Source of the DNA: a virus
Length of the DNA: 64,000 nucleotides
IMG/VR virus record: IMGVR_UViG_3300023184_008416
Coordinates: 1-64,000 of that record
Reading direction: 5' to 3' (one strand)
The position numbers and the translations under genes were made by a program. The notes under the pieces were generated by a model that saw nothing but the letters and a program-made list of their open reading frames with translations, had not been told where the DNA came from and did not search any database. Shown here piece by piece: positions 50,616 through 60,071 of this stretch (the first letter of the stretch is position 1; every line of letters starts with the position of its first letter).

Positions 50616-51809
50616 ATGACACTGTTTAAAAATTTAGAAGACGTTGATATTTCCGCCGCAAAATCTTATCTAAACCAATTAATTGACGTTCTTCAAGAAG
50701 ACATCAGTGGTTCAGCATCAAGAAGAAAATATCAACATTATGTCACTGGGGGTATTGGACCAGGTGTTACTTCTTCTTTGTTTCAAACCGTGTATGATCA
50801 AGACTTTACTCTGCAAACAGCCAATCCAATTTTTGATATTACAATCGGTTTAAATCCTGACAGTAATACTATCACAACAGTCCAAAGTGGCGTTGATTCC
50901 AATGGAAAAGAATTATTTCCGTCAACCACACTTATGATGCGTGAAAAGATGGACAATTATCGCCAATTTTCTCAAGCTCTTTTAGGAGATTCTTCCAACA
51001 AATTTAAGTTTCCGCCAGACTCAAACACGGATGATGACATTGCAGATGTTGCTATGTTCATCTCATTTAAAAGACTATTCTATCGTGACAGAATAAAAGA
51101 TCAAACATACGTCATGAATTTTTATTCTTCAGGTTCTTCAGGTTCTTTGCTTGGACCAAATTTGAACGTAACTTCCATTAATGGCTCGCATTTTTATACT
51201 GATTTTGGAACAAGTTTAAACAAGAACATTGGCGTGGGCGGCTCATTTGCAAACTTAATTGATGCAGCAGATAAGAACGTATCGGTTGGCCAAATTTATT
51301 ATGACAGAGGAATTGTTGTTTGCGACCTTAAAAAGATAATGTCTGGAACAGAACATGCAAGTGGAACAATTTCAACTGTTAATGATGCTTCGGGTTATAT
51401 ACAGATTGGTAATGCATTAGGCAATCCAGAAGCAACATTTATCAAAGATTTTATGACATCAGGTTCAATAGATGATGTGTTGGACCACATTTGTAGCTGC
51501 AGATTTCAAGCGGGGTCATTAACTTCAATGACATTCCAGAACATCACTAATATCAATTCTACACTAATTTTCTGTAAAGCTGCTGCTGATGAATTCAACT
51601 ATTCTCAAAATCCTACATATTTAGATGCCAACAACAGAATAGTAGTAATTGAACCAGGACAAGAGGATACTCAACAATCTTTTACTTTCATTACGACCAT
51701 AGGCTTGTATGATATTAACGATAATCTTTTGGCAACTGCTAAATTGTCTCGTCCAATTTATAAGGACGTAAAGACAGATCTTACCTTTAGATTACGTTTG
51801 GATTTCTGA
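50616..51809 (+). CDS. Putative virion structural protein
   Basis: C-terminal EFNYSQNPTY...FITTIGLYDINDNLLATAKLSRPIYKD...FRLRLDF, shared with the next gene. Confidence 0.6.
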   Translation: MTLFKNLEDVDISAAKSYLNQLIDVLQEDISGSASRRKYQHYVTGGIGPGVTSSLFQTVYDQDFTLQTANPIFDITIGLNPDSNTITTVQSGVDSNGKELFPSTTLMMREKMDNYRQFSQALLGDSSNKFKFPPDSNTDDDIADVAMFISFKRLFYRDRIKDQTYVMNFYSSGSSGSLLGPNLNVTSINGSHFYTDFGTSLNKNIGVGGSFANLIDAADKNVSVGQIYYDRGIVVCDLKKIMSGTEHASGTISTVNDASGYIQIGNALGNPEATFIKDFMTSGSIDDVLDHICSCRFQAGSLTSMTFQNITNINSTLIFCKAAADEFNYSQNPTYLDANNRIVVIEPGQEDTQQSFTFITTIGLYDINDNLLATAKLSRPIYKDVKTDLTFRLRLDF

Positions 51810-51813
51810 TGTT

Positions 51814-54177
51814 ATGTCAATCTTCAAGGTTGATCCTAGCGATGTTGAGACGATTACCTTAACGACCAATCCTAATACTTTTTTTGCATCAAGCTCTAAC
51901 GGTATAACCGGGTCATTAAAAGTTTTTCCTCGTAGATCTCACTCTTTAAAAGAAAGCCTCACTTTTACTACGTCTTCATATTTTGAAGATAAGTTAATAA
52001 ATGTGGACTACGGTGACGAACACTTAGCGGAAGTTTATATACAAAACGTCGGAAAACTTGTAACATATGATCCTTCCTTAGTAATAAATCGATTAGTACC
52101 CCAATATTCAGGACCATTGTCCTACGTTAATTACTTAAAAAAGGTAATATCAGGTACATTAATGCCTCATTATCGAGTTCACTACTCAGATTGTGAGATG
52201 TCATATACAAATTATAATTCTATTAATTTCGTTTCGTCTAGCACAATAGCTCCAGGTACTGCTCTTTTATACCCAAACGTGGGTGTAAATCAACCCAATC
52301 AAATTGGGTGTTATGAAATTCCAGGAGCATTTACTTTTGATTTTCATATTAATGTTCGTAACAAATATGCAAATCCTCGTCCTGGAACAATTCTTCATTT
52401 AAAACAAAGCTATGCTTTAAGTGTCGTATCTGGAACGATTAGAGATGAAAATGGGCTGTGCAGTAAATACGGATTACAATTACAACTTAGTCATAGCGCA
52501 GGAACAATCCCAACAAATGCGGCTCCGGGAGATTTAACATTTAGATTTGACAATGTTTTAAACCATAATTCGTGGCACCATGTCACGATAGCGTGGGGTA
52601 CAAATTCCATTAATAATGGTACTGGTAGCGTTTTAATTGATGGTAACAGCGTAGGTAATTTTATTGTTCCTTCATCTTCAATTTTAAATAGTGCGCAGCT
52701 TCCTCCTGCTCTTGTTGTGGGAAATTATGATGATGCAATGAATACGCAAACATTTTTTAACTTTGCAACGAATTATTTCGGTCCAGTTAGATCTAACGCT
52801 TTTGGAATTAAATCAATAACATCGCCTGATACTTTTGGTAATGATTTTTCAGGAAGAAATAATGTAGGGTATTTTGAATTACATGATTTATCAATTTATC
52901 GAGAGTACAGTGATAAATTAAATTTGTCTTCTTCGTCACCAATACAATTATCAAAAAATTGTATTTTTTATCTACCTCCATACTTTGCAACTTCATCTTC
53001 ACTAAAAACGGGTGATGCCACTTACGGATGCATTCCTCTTACACCTCAAGAAGCCAGTCAAGGATCCACGAGTACACCATTTAATTTGTCTTTGGCAATG
53101 TCTTGTGGTGGACACTACATTAATACTGAAAATTATTTACTTGATTTTGCAAACAATAGTTTTCCAAAACAGTTGGATCTTGTCTATAAACAAGACCCAG
53201 GTGCAATTTCAACGTTGTCTTTAAACGATTATTTTTATCAAGATTATCCCGTTAGAGGCAGAAATTTATTGATTCTTCCTTGCGATGATGGAAACTTTTT
53301 AAATAGTGCACCACTTTCAAGCATTATTCCTGTTTTTAATAATGTTACATTAACTAACTTTGTTAGTGGTTCATATCAATACAATCTTAACATTAATCCT
53401 CCAATAGTATCAACTTTTGCCGATCCTTTACCTGGAATATACGGAAATGGTGAGCAAAGTGAATTTGATAAAATTCGATTTGGTCTTGGTATTACACCTA
53501 ATACCCCATTTAATACTTTTAATCTAGGCATTGATGCTTGGAAAAGCAGCAACAATAGTAAGATATCAAATAATGTTTACCTGTCACAAGATGATAGGTT
53601 ACAACCTGTTGCTTGGTATTGGAAGTATCTGGATAAAGACTCTACACAAGTAGTAATATTTGATGTTAGCAACTTATATTATGGAAATCAAATTGAACCT
53701 GGCACGCTCACTTTGAGTGATTCTTCATTAACTGGATCAAACGGTCAAGTTTCAGTGACGATTAAAGATAATGGATTAGGTGGTCTTTATAGGGCTGATA
53801 GCTCTACACCACATGCAGTGTGGAATGACGTAGGAAACATCTTCTACAACGAAGGTTTGATATTCATAAAAAATCCTTCTCTCTATTTTTTGGGTAAAGA
53901 TCAATATGAAATTTCATTTAAGGGAAACAGAAACATTCACGTATTGAAAATTGAAGCAACTGCGCCACGAAATTATGTCAATTCATCTTCTAATCCTACG
54001 TATAAAGAGCTAAGAGCAAATCAAAATCAAGTTGATGCTGATGATCATTTTGTGTATATAACTGGTGTTAATTTTCACGATAATAATCTTAATGTGATTG
54101 CACGTTCCAAGTTGGCTCAACCCATCATCAAACGTGATAGATCAAAGATAGTCTTTAAAACCAAGATAGATTTTTAA
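51814..54177 (+). CDS. Putative virion structural protein with a LamG-like domain
   Basis: NSWHHVTIAWG...GSVLIDG; C-terminal VNSSSNPTY...YITGVNFHDNNLNVIARSKLAQPIIKR...FKTKIDF. Confidence 0.6.
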   Translation: MSIFKVDPSDVETITLTTNPNTFFASSSNGITGSLKVFPRRSHSLKESLTFTTSSYFEDKLINVDYGDEHLAEVYIQNVGKLVTYDPSLVINRLVPQYSGPLSYVNYLKKVISGTLMPHYRVHYSDCEMSYTNYNSINFVSSSTIAPGTALLYPNVGVNQPNQIGCYEIPGAFTFDFHINVRNKYANPRPGTILHLKQSYALSVVSGTIRDENGLCSKYGLQLQLSHSAGTIPTNAAPGDLTFRFDNVLNHNSWHHVTIAWGTNSINNGTGSVLIDGNSVGNFIVPSSSILNSAQLPPALVVGNYDDAMNTQTFFNFATNYFGPVRSNAFGIKSITSPDTFGNDFSGRNNVGYFELHDLSIYREYSDKLNLSSSSPIQLSKNCIFYLPPYFATSSSLKTGDATYGCIPLTPQEASQGSTSTPFNLSLAMSCGGHYINTENYLLDFANNSFPKQLDLVYKQDPGAISTLSLNDYFYQDYPVRGRNLLILPCDDGNFLNSAPLSSIIPVFNNVTLTNFVSGSYQYNLNINPPIVSTFADPLPGIYGNGEQSEFDKIRFGLGITPNTPFNTFNLGIDAWKSSNNSKISNNVYLSQDDRLQPVAWYWKYLDKDSTQVVIFDVSNLYYGNQIEPGTLTLSDSSLTGSNGQVSVTIKDNGLGGLYRADSSTPHAVWNDVGNIFYNEGLIFIKNPSLYFLGKDQYEISFKGNRNIHVLKIEATAPRNYVNSSSNPTYKELRANQNQVDADDHFVYITGVNFHDNNLNVIARSKLAQPIIKRDRSKIVFKTKIDF

Positions 54178-54578
54178 TGGTTTCACAAAATCCTAAAAAG
54201 AGAAAAAGACGAAGGGGTTATCATAGAGGAACCTACATTTCTCCCGTGGCAGGCGAGTGTAAATATCGCAGTGGTTGGGAAGAAAAGTATATGAATTATC
54301 TGGATTCAAATGCAGATGTGGTTTCCTGGTCCTATGAAAATCTTGTGATCCAATATGTTTCCAATAAATCAACGGGAAAATTAAGAAAATATTATCCTGA
54401 TTTTTATGTTGTGATGAATGACGGTACCAAATTTGTTGTTGAAATTAAGCAAAAGCGCAAATTAAATCAAGCCATCGTAAAAAAAAAGACCAAGGCTGCA
54501 GAGCAGTGGTGTTTGATGAACGGTGCCACTTATAAAATTTTGACTGAAGTAGAATTAAAAGATATGGGTCTACTGTAA
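54177..54578 (+). CDS. T4 gp4-like head completion nuclease / TnsA-like endonuclease
   Basis: YRSGWE..YM.YLD...WSYE...I.Y...RKYYPDFYV...VVEIK...KKTKAAEQWC. Confidence 0.85.
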   Translation: MVSQNPKKRKRRRGYHRGTYISPVAGECKYRSGWEEKYMNYLDSNADVVSWSYENLVIQYVSNKSTGKLRKYYPDFYVVMNDGTKFVVEIKQKRKLNQAIVKKKTKAAEQWCLMNGATYKILTEVELKDMGLL

Positions 54579-54611
54579 AATGATTTTATCTAGTGACACG
54601 AGTGTTAATAG

Positions 54612-55175
54612 TTGATTGTGCCACAATTAATTCTAGGGTTAGACGTTTCAACATCAGTGACAGGTGTTTGTATCTTAAATTCTGACATTATACCTGATGA
54701 AAAAGGTTCGCACATCTTACATCTAGACAGGATTGAATTTAAAAAGTGTAAAACTTTGTGGGAAAAAGCTGACGTTGTTGCGTTGGAATTGTCAGACTTA
54801 TTGAAAAAATTTCCCGGAGACTATCACGTTTTTTTGGAAGAACCATTGTTGGGGTTTCAAAAAGGAATGTCGTCAGCGACCACAATAACCACTCTCATGC
54901 GATTTAATGGAATAGTTTCATACATCTCTAGGGAAATATTCAAAGTTGATCCTGATTATATCTCTTCGTCCCACGCAAGGAAGGTGTGTGGAATAAAGAT
55001 GCAACGAACAGCAATTGCTGGAATGAGTGGTAAGGAACAGGTCTTCAAATACATGTCAGAACATGATTTAAAGCACGTACAGTGGCCAACAAAGAAAAAT
55101 GGCGCAGCTGTTGATTGGTCTCGAGATGCCACTGATAGCTATGTCATTGCTCGAGCTGCATCATTGAAAATGTAA
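54612..55175 (+). CDS. RuvC-like Holliday junction resolvase
   Basis: ILGLDVSTSVTGVCIL, VFLEEP, GKEQV, RDATDSYVIARA RNase H-fold acidic residues. Confidence 0.8.
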   Translation: MIVPQLILGLDVSTSVTGVCILNSDIIPDEKGSHILHLDRIEFKKCKTLWEKADVVALELSDLLKKFPGDYHVFLEEPLLGFQKGMSSATTITTLMRFNGIVSYISREIFKVDPDYISSSHARKVCGIKMQRTAIAGMSGKEQVFKYMSEHDLKHVQWPTKKNGAAVDWSRDATDSYVIARAASLKM

Positions 55176-55215
55176 GATGTACAAAAGTTGTTTGAGGTAG
55201 TCCAATCTATTTGTA

Positions 55216-56166
55216 GTGCAATCGCTGACAGAAAAAGTGAGATTCATCGAGTCAATTTTTGGCCGATGCCAGATGTCTCGTGATGAAAAAAACGTTGCAG
55301 TAAGATGTCCCATTTGTGATCCTAAAGATCCAAATAAAAAAAAGTTGATTATCAGGACAACGGATGACGTCACTCATTGTTGGGTTTGTGGTTGGTCATC
55401 AAGGTCTCTCTTACCTTTAATCAAAAAATTTGGTTCTCGTGACCAATTAAAAAGGTACGCAGAATCTCTGGGATTGCGTGAAAAAATATCTTTAGACGAT
55501 CAACCCACGGTAAAAAAGTTAGACGCTCCCGAAGATGTGTGTTTACTGGCATGTCATGATTCATTTAACCCAGATGCAAGTGCAGTATTGAAATACTTGA
55601 AATCTCGAGGAGTTTCAGAAAAAGATCTTTGGTACTACAGGTTAGCTTTTTCAAATGAGCCTAAGTGGAATCGTCGAGTTATCTTTTTATCATATGATAA
55701 TAGCGGTAACATGAATTATGTCACTGCCCGGGCAGTCGATCGTGACAAGCAACCAAAATATGTGAACTGTGACGTTGAAAGAACGACTGTTGTTTTTAAT
55801 GAACACAACATTTCTTGGGACATTCCGTTGGTATTGTGTGAGGGTCCGTTTGATCTGATCCATTGTGGAGAAAATGCAACTTGCTTGTTGGGATCAGAAC
55901 TCAGCGAGTCTTCTCTATTATTTGACAGGATCATATCAAACTCTACGCCCGTTATTGTTGCCCTTGATTCTGATACCCACAAAATAAAACGTCCCAAATT
56001 AATCAAAAAATTGGTTGAATATGACATCGAAGTTAAAGTGGTCGATATTGGTGATTATTCCGATCCCGGCAGTGCACCGGTTGATTTTATGTTAAAAGCA
56101 ATTAACGATGCAAAACCTGTGGATTGGATGTTTAACTTTTCCAATAAATTGTCTTTTATAATGTAA
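55216..56166 (+). CDS. DNA primase (Zn finger plus TOPRIM)
   Basis: CPICD...HCWVCG, YLKSRG, KYVN, LCEGPFD, ALDSD, DPG. Confidence 0.88.
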   Translation: MQSLTEKVRFIESIFGRCQMSRDEKNVAVRCPICDPKDPNKKKLIIRTTDDVTHCWVCGWSSRSLLPLIKKFGSRDQLKRYAESLGLREKISLDDQPTVKKLDAPEDVCLLACHDSFNPDASAVLKYLKSRGVSEKDLWYYRLAFSNEPKWNRRVIFLSYDNSGNMNYVTARAVDRDKQPKYVNCDVERTTVVFNEHNISWDIPLVLCEGPFDLIHCGENATCLLGSELSESSLLFDRIISNSTPVIVALDSDTHKIKRPKLIKKLVEYDIEVKVVDIGDYSDPGSAPVDFMLKAINDAKPVDWMFNFSNKLSFIM

Positions 56167-56213
56167 GTTCTAAACACTTGATACACAAGTTATTATAGTC
56201 TTATGGATTATTC

Positions 56214-59200
56214 ATGCGAATAGCACACATAGCAGACGTACATTTTAGGTCTTTAAGTCGCCACGCAGAGTACAAAGAAGTATTTGAAGCATTTGCAAGT
56301 GATTGTGAAACACGAGGCGTAGATCAAATAGTCGTTTGTGGCGATATCTTTCATACAAAGACAACAGGTCTTTCTCCCGAATATATTGATGTCCTAACGT
56401 GGTGGATGAAAAGGTTGAGTTCTGTTGCAACTCTGCACCTTACGTTAGGTAACCATGATGGAAACTTGACGAACAGAAATCGTCAAGATGCGGTGACACC
56501 CATCTATGAAGCGGTTAAAAAGAACAGTGACCTAAAAAATAACATCTTCTTGTATAAGAACAGTGGTGTCTATCCAATTGATGACAAACACAATCTCTGT
56601 GTTTTCAGTCTTTTTGATGAAGAAGGTTGGGATTCAGTTAAACCCGAATTAGGAAAATATAACATCGCAATCTATCATGGTTCGGTTGACACAGCTTTGA
56701 CAGAAACAGAGTGGGTGCTTAAATCACACATAAAAGTTGACACATTTAAAGATTACGATTTAGCCCTGCTTGGTGACATTCACAGAACTCAATTTTTGGG
56801 ATATCGTGAGTTAAACGGCAAAAGTGTGCCGTGGATTGGTTACCCAGGATCTACTCTGCAACAGAATTATGCTGAAGCGATAGATCATGGCTATCTATTA
56901 TGGGACATCACCCCCAAGGGCCACGATGTTTCATTTATTAAATTACCAAATCCTCAGCCTTATGTAACCATTAATTGGTCTGATGATTTATCTAATGTCA
57001 ATCTTCCAATCTCTTCAAGAATCAGGGTTAGACACACACGCCCTCTTACCCAAGCAGAGATAAAAGCAACAATGGGTTCTCTGCAGTCCCGGTTTAAGGC
57101 GACCGAGGTAATTTTTAATCTAGATTCAAAGGCACAAATTCGAGAGTTGGTGTCTAAAATTCCTTCTATAAAAGAGAATTTTCACAACGCAGAATCTCTG
57201 TTATCGTTATTACAACGATACGACTCTACACGAAAATTTTCCGAATCAGACTGGGAGTCAATAAAATCAACACTGGTTAGGTACCTCCTTGAATGTAAAG
57301 ATGACATCTCAGCCAGAAATGTCAAGTGGTCTCTGCGAGAATTGAAGTGGGACAATATCTTGGGTTACGGCTCAGGAAATAAAATCAATTTCACAGCACT
57401 TGATGGAATTGTTGGAATATTTGGCCCGAACAGGGCTGGAAAGTCTTCTATCATCGGTGCATTGTTGTACTGCATGTTCAACACATCTGACAGGGGTTCA
57501 ATCAAAAATCTTGACTTGATCAACGTAAGAAAAGATCACTCATATGCTCGTGCAGTGCTAGATGTTAATGGTGAAACTCATGTCATTGAAAGACAATCTG
57601 TCAAAAATACAACCAAAAAAGACATCACTGCGTCGACATCTGTAAATCTTTATAAAATAATTGATGACAATGCAATTGAGTTGAATGGAGAACAAAGGGT
57701 CGATACCGATAAAATCATTCGTTCAATTGTGGGTTCTTCTGAAGACTTCATGTTAATGTCTTTGTCCACACAAGGAGACATTGACAGATTTGTGAGAGAT
57801 GGTTCTACACATCGCAAACACACACTTGCAAGATTTTTAGATCTTGATTTTTTTGATAGGCTCCATGAGATTGCAAAATCAGAAGTTACTTCATTAAAGG
57901 CAGAAATAAAAACTCTACAGTCTTCAAAAATTATTGATCCCTCTCTTCTTGCAACTGCACGAAAAGAGAGTAAGGATGAAATTTCTACACTGTTGAATCA
58001 ACGTGATGAATTATCAGAAAACGTACAACGTCTTGTTTCTGACGTTAAGATGTCAGGATTCCAGGAGATTGAATCGCAGTTTCGAAAAAAAGAAAATGAG
58101 TTAAACTTACTTCGTAAAAACTTTAGTGATGTTGAGAGTGAATTAAAAACTTATCGTGAGGTTCTGTTCAAAACAGAAAGAAGACATGATGAATGCCTCT
58201 CAGAATTCAACTCATTTGATCTGCAGGCTTTAAGAGAAAAATATACAAAGATAAAGGAATTGAAGCAAGTTTCTCTTACTGCAAAGCATGCTGTTGAAAA
58301 GTGGGAACTAGAGCTTCAACGAAAGAAAAAATCAATTAGTGTCCTGTCTGAAGTCCCGTGTGGTGATTCGTATCCAACTTGTAAATTCATAAAAGACGCC
58401 CATCTTGACAGAGGGGCGTTAGATAATACAACCCAAGAATTGTCATTAGCAACTGAAAACTTATCAAACATTACTCTGTCGTTACAAGAACTCGAATCTT
58501 CAGGACTAGAAGTCTTGATTCGTAAGGCAGATGAGCTTAGAACAGAGTCTAGAGATCTTGAATTGTCGCTTCACAAGTTACGTTTAAATGTTTCTGATCG
58601 TGAAGAAAAATTTTCTACTACACGAGACAACCTTGCTAATTGCGAAGCTGAGCTAAAAAAATTAGATGGTCGTCTCAAAAAATCAAAGTCAGCAATAAAA
58701 AATGGAACAGTGGATACTCTACAGGAATTGAAGTCTGAACTTCGTTTGGTCGAAGAAAAATTATCCGCTCTTCATGCTAAGTTGGGAGCTCTTGATGAAC
58801 AAATGCGTCAATCATCTGAAATAACAAATTTGGTTGATTCAAAAGTAAAAGCATTGTCTGTGATAGAATACGTCATGACATCCTTTTCTAAGCGAGGAAT
58901 ACCCAGCAAAATTTTGTCAGAGCAATTACCCGTCATCAATTCTGAGATTTCTAGTGTTTTAGCTGGAATTGTCAATTTTAACGTTGAATTAGAGTGTAGT
59001 GACAATAACAATCTGGATGTTTTCATCAATTATGGAGACTCTCGTAGAATCATGGAACTGTGTAGTGGCATGGAAAAAATGATTAGTTCAATTGCAATTC
59101 GAGTTGCTTTAACTAATGTTTCTACAATGCCTAAATCAGATGTTTTTATAATTGACGAAGGTTTTGGAACCTTAGATGATGCAAATGTTGATGCTTGTAA

Positions 59201-59336
59201 AAGACTATTAATGTCGCTAAAAAAGTATTTTAAGTCTGTTTTAATTATCAGTCACGTACCTGCAATTAAGGACGTAGCTGACATTATATTGGAGGTGCAA
59301 CGTGTTGAAAATGATTCCAAAATGTGTTACGGATGA
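56214..59336 (+). CDS. Fused SbcD-SbcC (Mre11-Rad50; T4 gp47-gp46-like) recombination nuclease/ATPase
   Basis: HIADVH, GDIFH, GNHD, LGDIH, YPGS phosphoesterase motifs, then GPNRAGKSS, coiled coil, CSGME and IIDEGFGTLD, IISH in one ORF. Confidence 0.92.
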   Translation: MRIAHIADVHFRSLSRHAEYKEVFEAFASDCETRGVDQIVVCGDIFHTKTTGLSPEYIDVLTWWMKRLSSVATLHLTLGNHDGNLTNRNRQDAVTPIYEAVKKNSDLKNNIFLYKNSGVYPIDDKHNLCVFSLFDEEGWDSVKPELGKYNIAIYHGSVDTALTETEWVLKSHIKVDTFKDYDLALLGDIHRTQFLGYRELNGKSVPWIGYPGSTLQQNYAEAIDHGYLLWDITPKGHDVSFIKLPNPQPYVTINWSDDLSNVNLPISSRIRVRHTRPLTQAEIKATMGSLQSRFKATEVIFNLDSKAQIRELVSKIPSIKENFHNAESLLSLLQRYDSTRKFSESDWESIKSTLVRYLLECKDDISARNVKWSLRELKWDNILGYGSGNKINFTALDGIVGIFGPNRAGKSSIIGALLYCMFNTSDRGSIKNLDLINVRKDHSYARAVLDVNGETHVIERQSVKNTTKKDITASTSVNLYKIIDDNAIELNGEQRVDTDKIIRSIVGSSEDFMLMSLSTQGDIDRFVRDGSTHRKHTLARFLDLDFFDRLHEIAKSEVTSLKAEIKTLQSSKIIDPSLLATARKESKDEISTLLNQRDELSENVQRLVSDVKMSGFQEIESQFRKKENELNLLRKNFSDVESELKTYREVLFKTERRHDECLSEFNSFDLQALREKYTKIKELKQVSLTAKHAVEKWELELQRKKKSISVLSEVPCGDSYPTCKFIKDAHLDRGALDNTTQELSLATENLSNITLSLQELESSGLEVLIRKADELRTESRDLELSLHKLRLNVSDREEKFSTTRDNLANCEAELKKLDGRLKKSKSAIKNGTVDTLQELKSELRLVEEKLSALHAKLGALDEQMRQSSEITNLVDSKVKALSVIEYVMTSFSKRGIPSKILSEQLPVINSEISSVLAGIVNFNVELECSDNNNLDVFINYGDSRRIMELCSGMEKMISSIAIRVALTNVSTMPKSDVFIIDEGFGTLDDANVDACKRLLMSLKKYFKSVLIISHVPAIKDVADIILEVQRVENDSKMCYG

Positions 59337-59640
59337 AAATTTAAAAAATCTTGAATGGAAAGATTATTTGGGGGACAGGGTGATAGCATTTCATCCATCT
59401 GGATTTCACGTTATAGTTCCAAAAGACTGTGATCCTGCTGTACCTCTATTTTGTCCCGTTTGTCAATGCGCATTATCAACGGGTGAAGATGTCTCAACGT
59501 GTAGAGATTTTGGATGTTGTGATCACTGCAAAGATCGTTGGTATTACCCAAACAAAGAACAATGGTCAACAGGTTGGAGACCAGTTCAGGAATCACGGTG
59601 TGAGCATAAAAAAACCGTAATAGTTGATGTAGCTCGATAA
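59302..59640 (+). CDS. Small Cys-rich Zn-finger-like protein
   Basis: PLFCPVC...GCCDHC..RW...W..GWRP. Confidence 0.65.
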   Translation: MLKMIPKCVTDENLKNLEWKDYLGDRVIAFHPSGFHVIVPKDCDPAVPLFCPVCQCALSTGEDVSTCRDFGCCDHCKDRWYYPNKEQWSTGWRPVQESRCEHKKTVIVDVAR

Positions 59641-59654
59641 TTAGACAAAAGACT

Positions 59655-60071
59655 ATGAAAGACACCCTAGACCCAAACATTAATGTTTTTGACCCCGAGA
59701 TAGACGTTAATGCCCTGGGACAAGCCTTGGATTCAACGTGGGGAAGAACAACTACACCAAAAACATCCCAGTATTCAGTTAAATTTTCTTTAACTGGAGG
59801 TTGTTTGCAGGCTTCTTACGCAGCTATCGTGAACTTTGCGTCTGAGCGTGAAATGATCATGATGAAAAGAAGATACGAAGAAGAAGCTCGCTCCGTGATT
59901 GAAAGCGTAGCAAAAACAATTTCTAAGACTTACAAAGAAATTTGTGGTAAAACTTTAAAACTTAAATCACGCTTACACACTGATTCTGTTGAAGTCATTA
60001 GCAATTCTTCTAACAACCCCAAACGAACTGCCTACTATCGTAGTAAGTGTCTCTTTGACATGGTGGGTTGA
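59655..60071 (+). CDS. Hypothetical protein
   Basis: 138-aa ORF directly upstream of terminase. Confidence 0.65.
   Translation: MKDTLDPNINVFDPEIDVNALGQALDSTWGRTTTPKTSQYSVKFSLTGGCLQASYAAIVNFASEREMIMMKRRYEEEARSVIESVAKTISKTYKEICGKTLKLKSRLHTDSVEVISNSSNNPKRTAYYRSKCLFDMVG

Noticed and set aside
54177-54578. Tn7-like transposon (TnsA), and an NLS-like PKKRKRRR N-terminus
   Set aside because: No TnsB/TnsC or terminal repeats; size and context fit T4 gp4. Basic tails are common in DNA-binding phage proteins, so nuclear targeting is unsupported.
54612-55175. Miniature Cas12/TnpB effector
   Set aside because: At 187 aa it has only a RuvC resolvase core, with no Zn ribbon and no room for an adjacent guide RNA.
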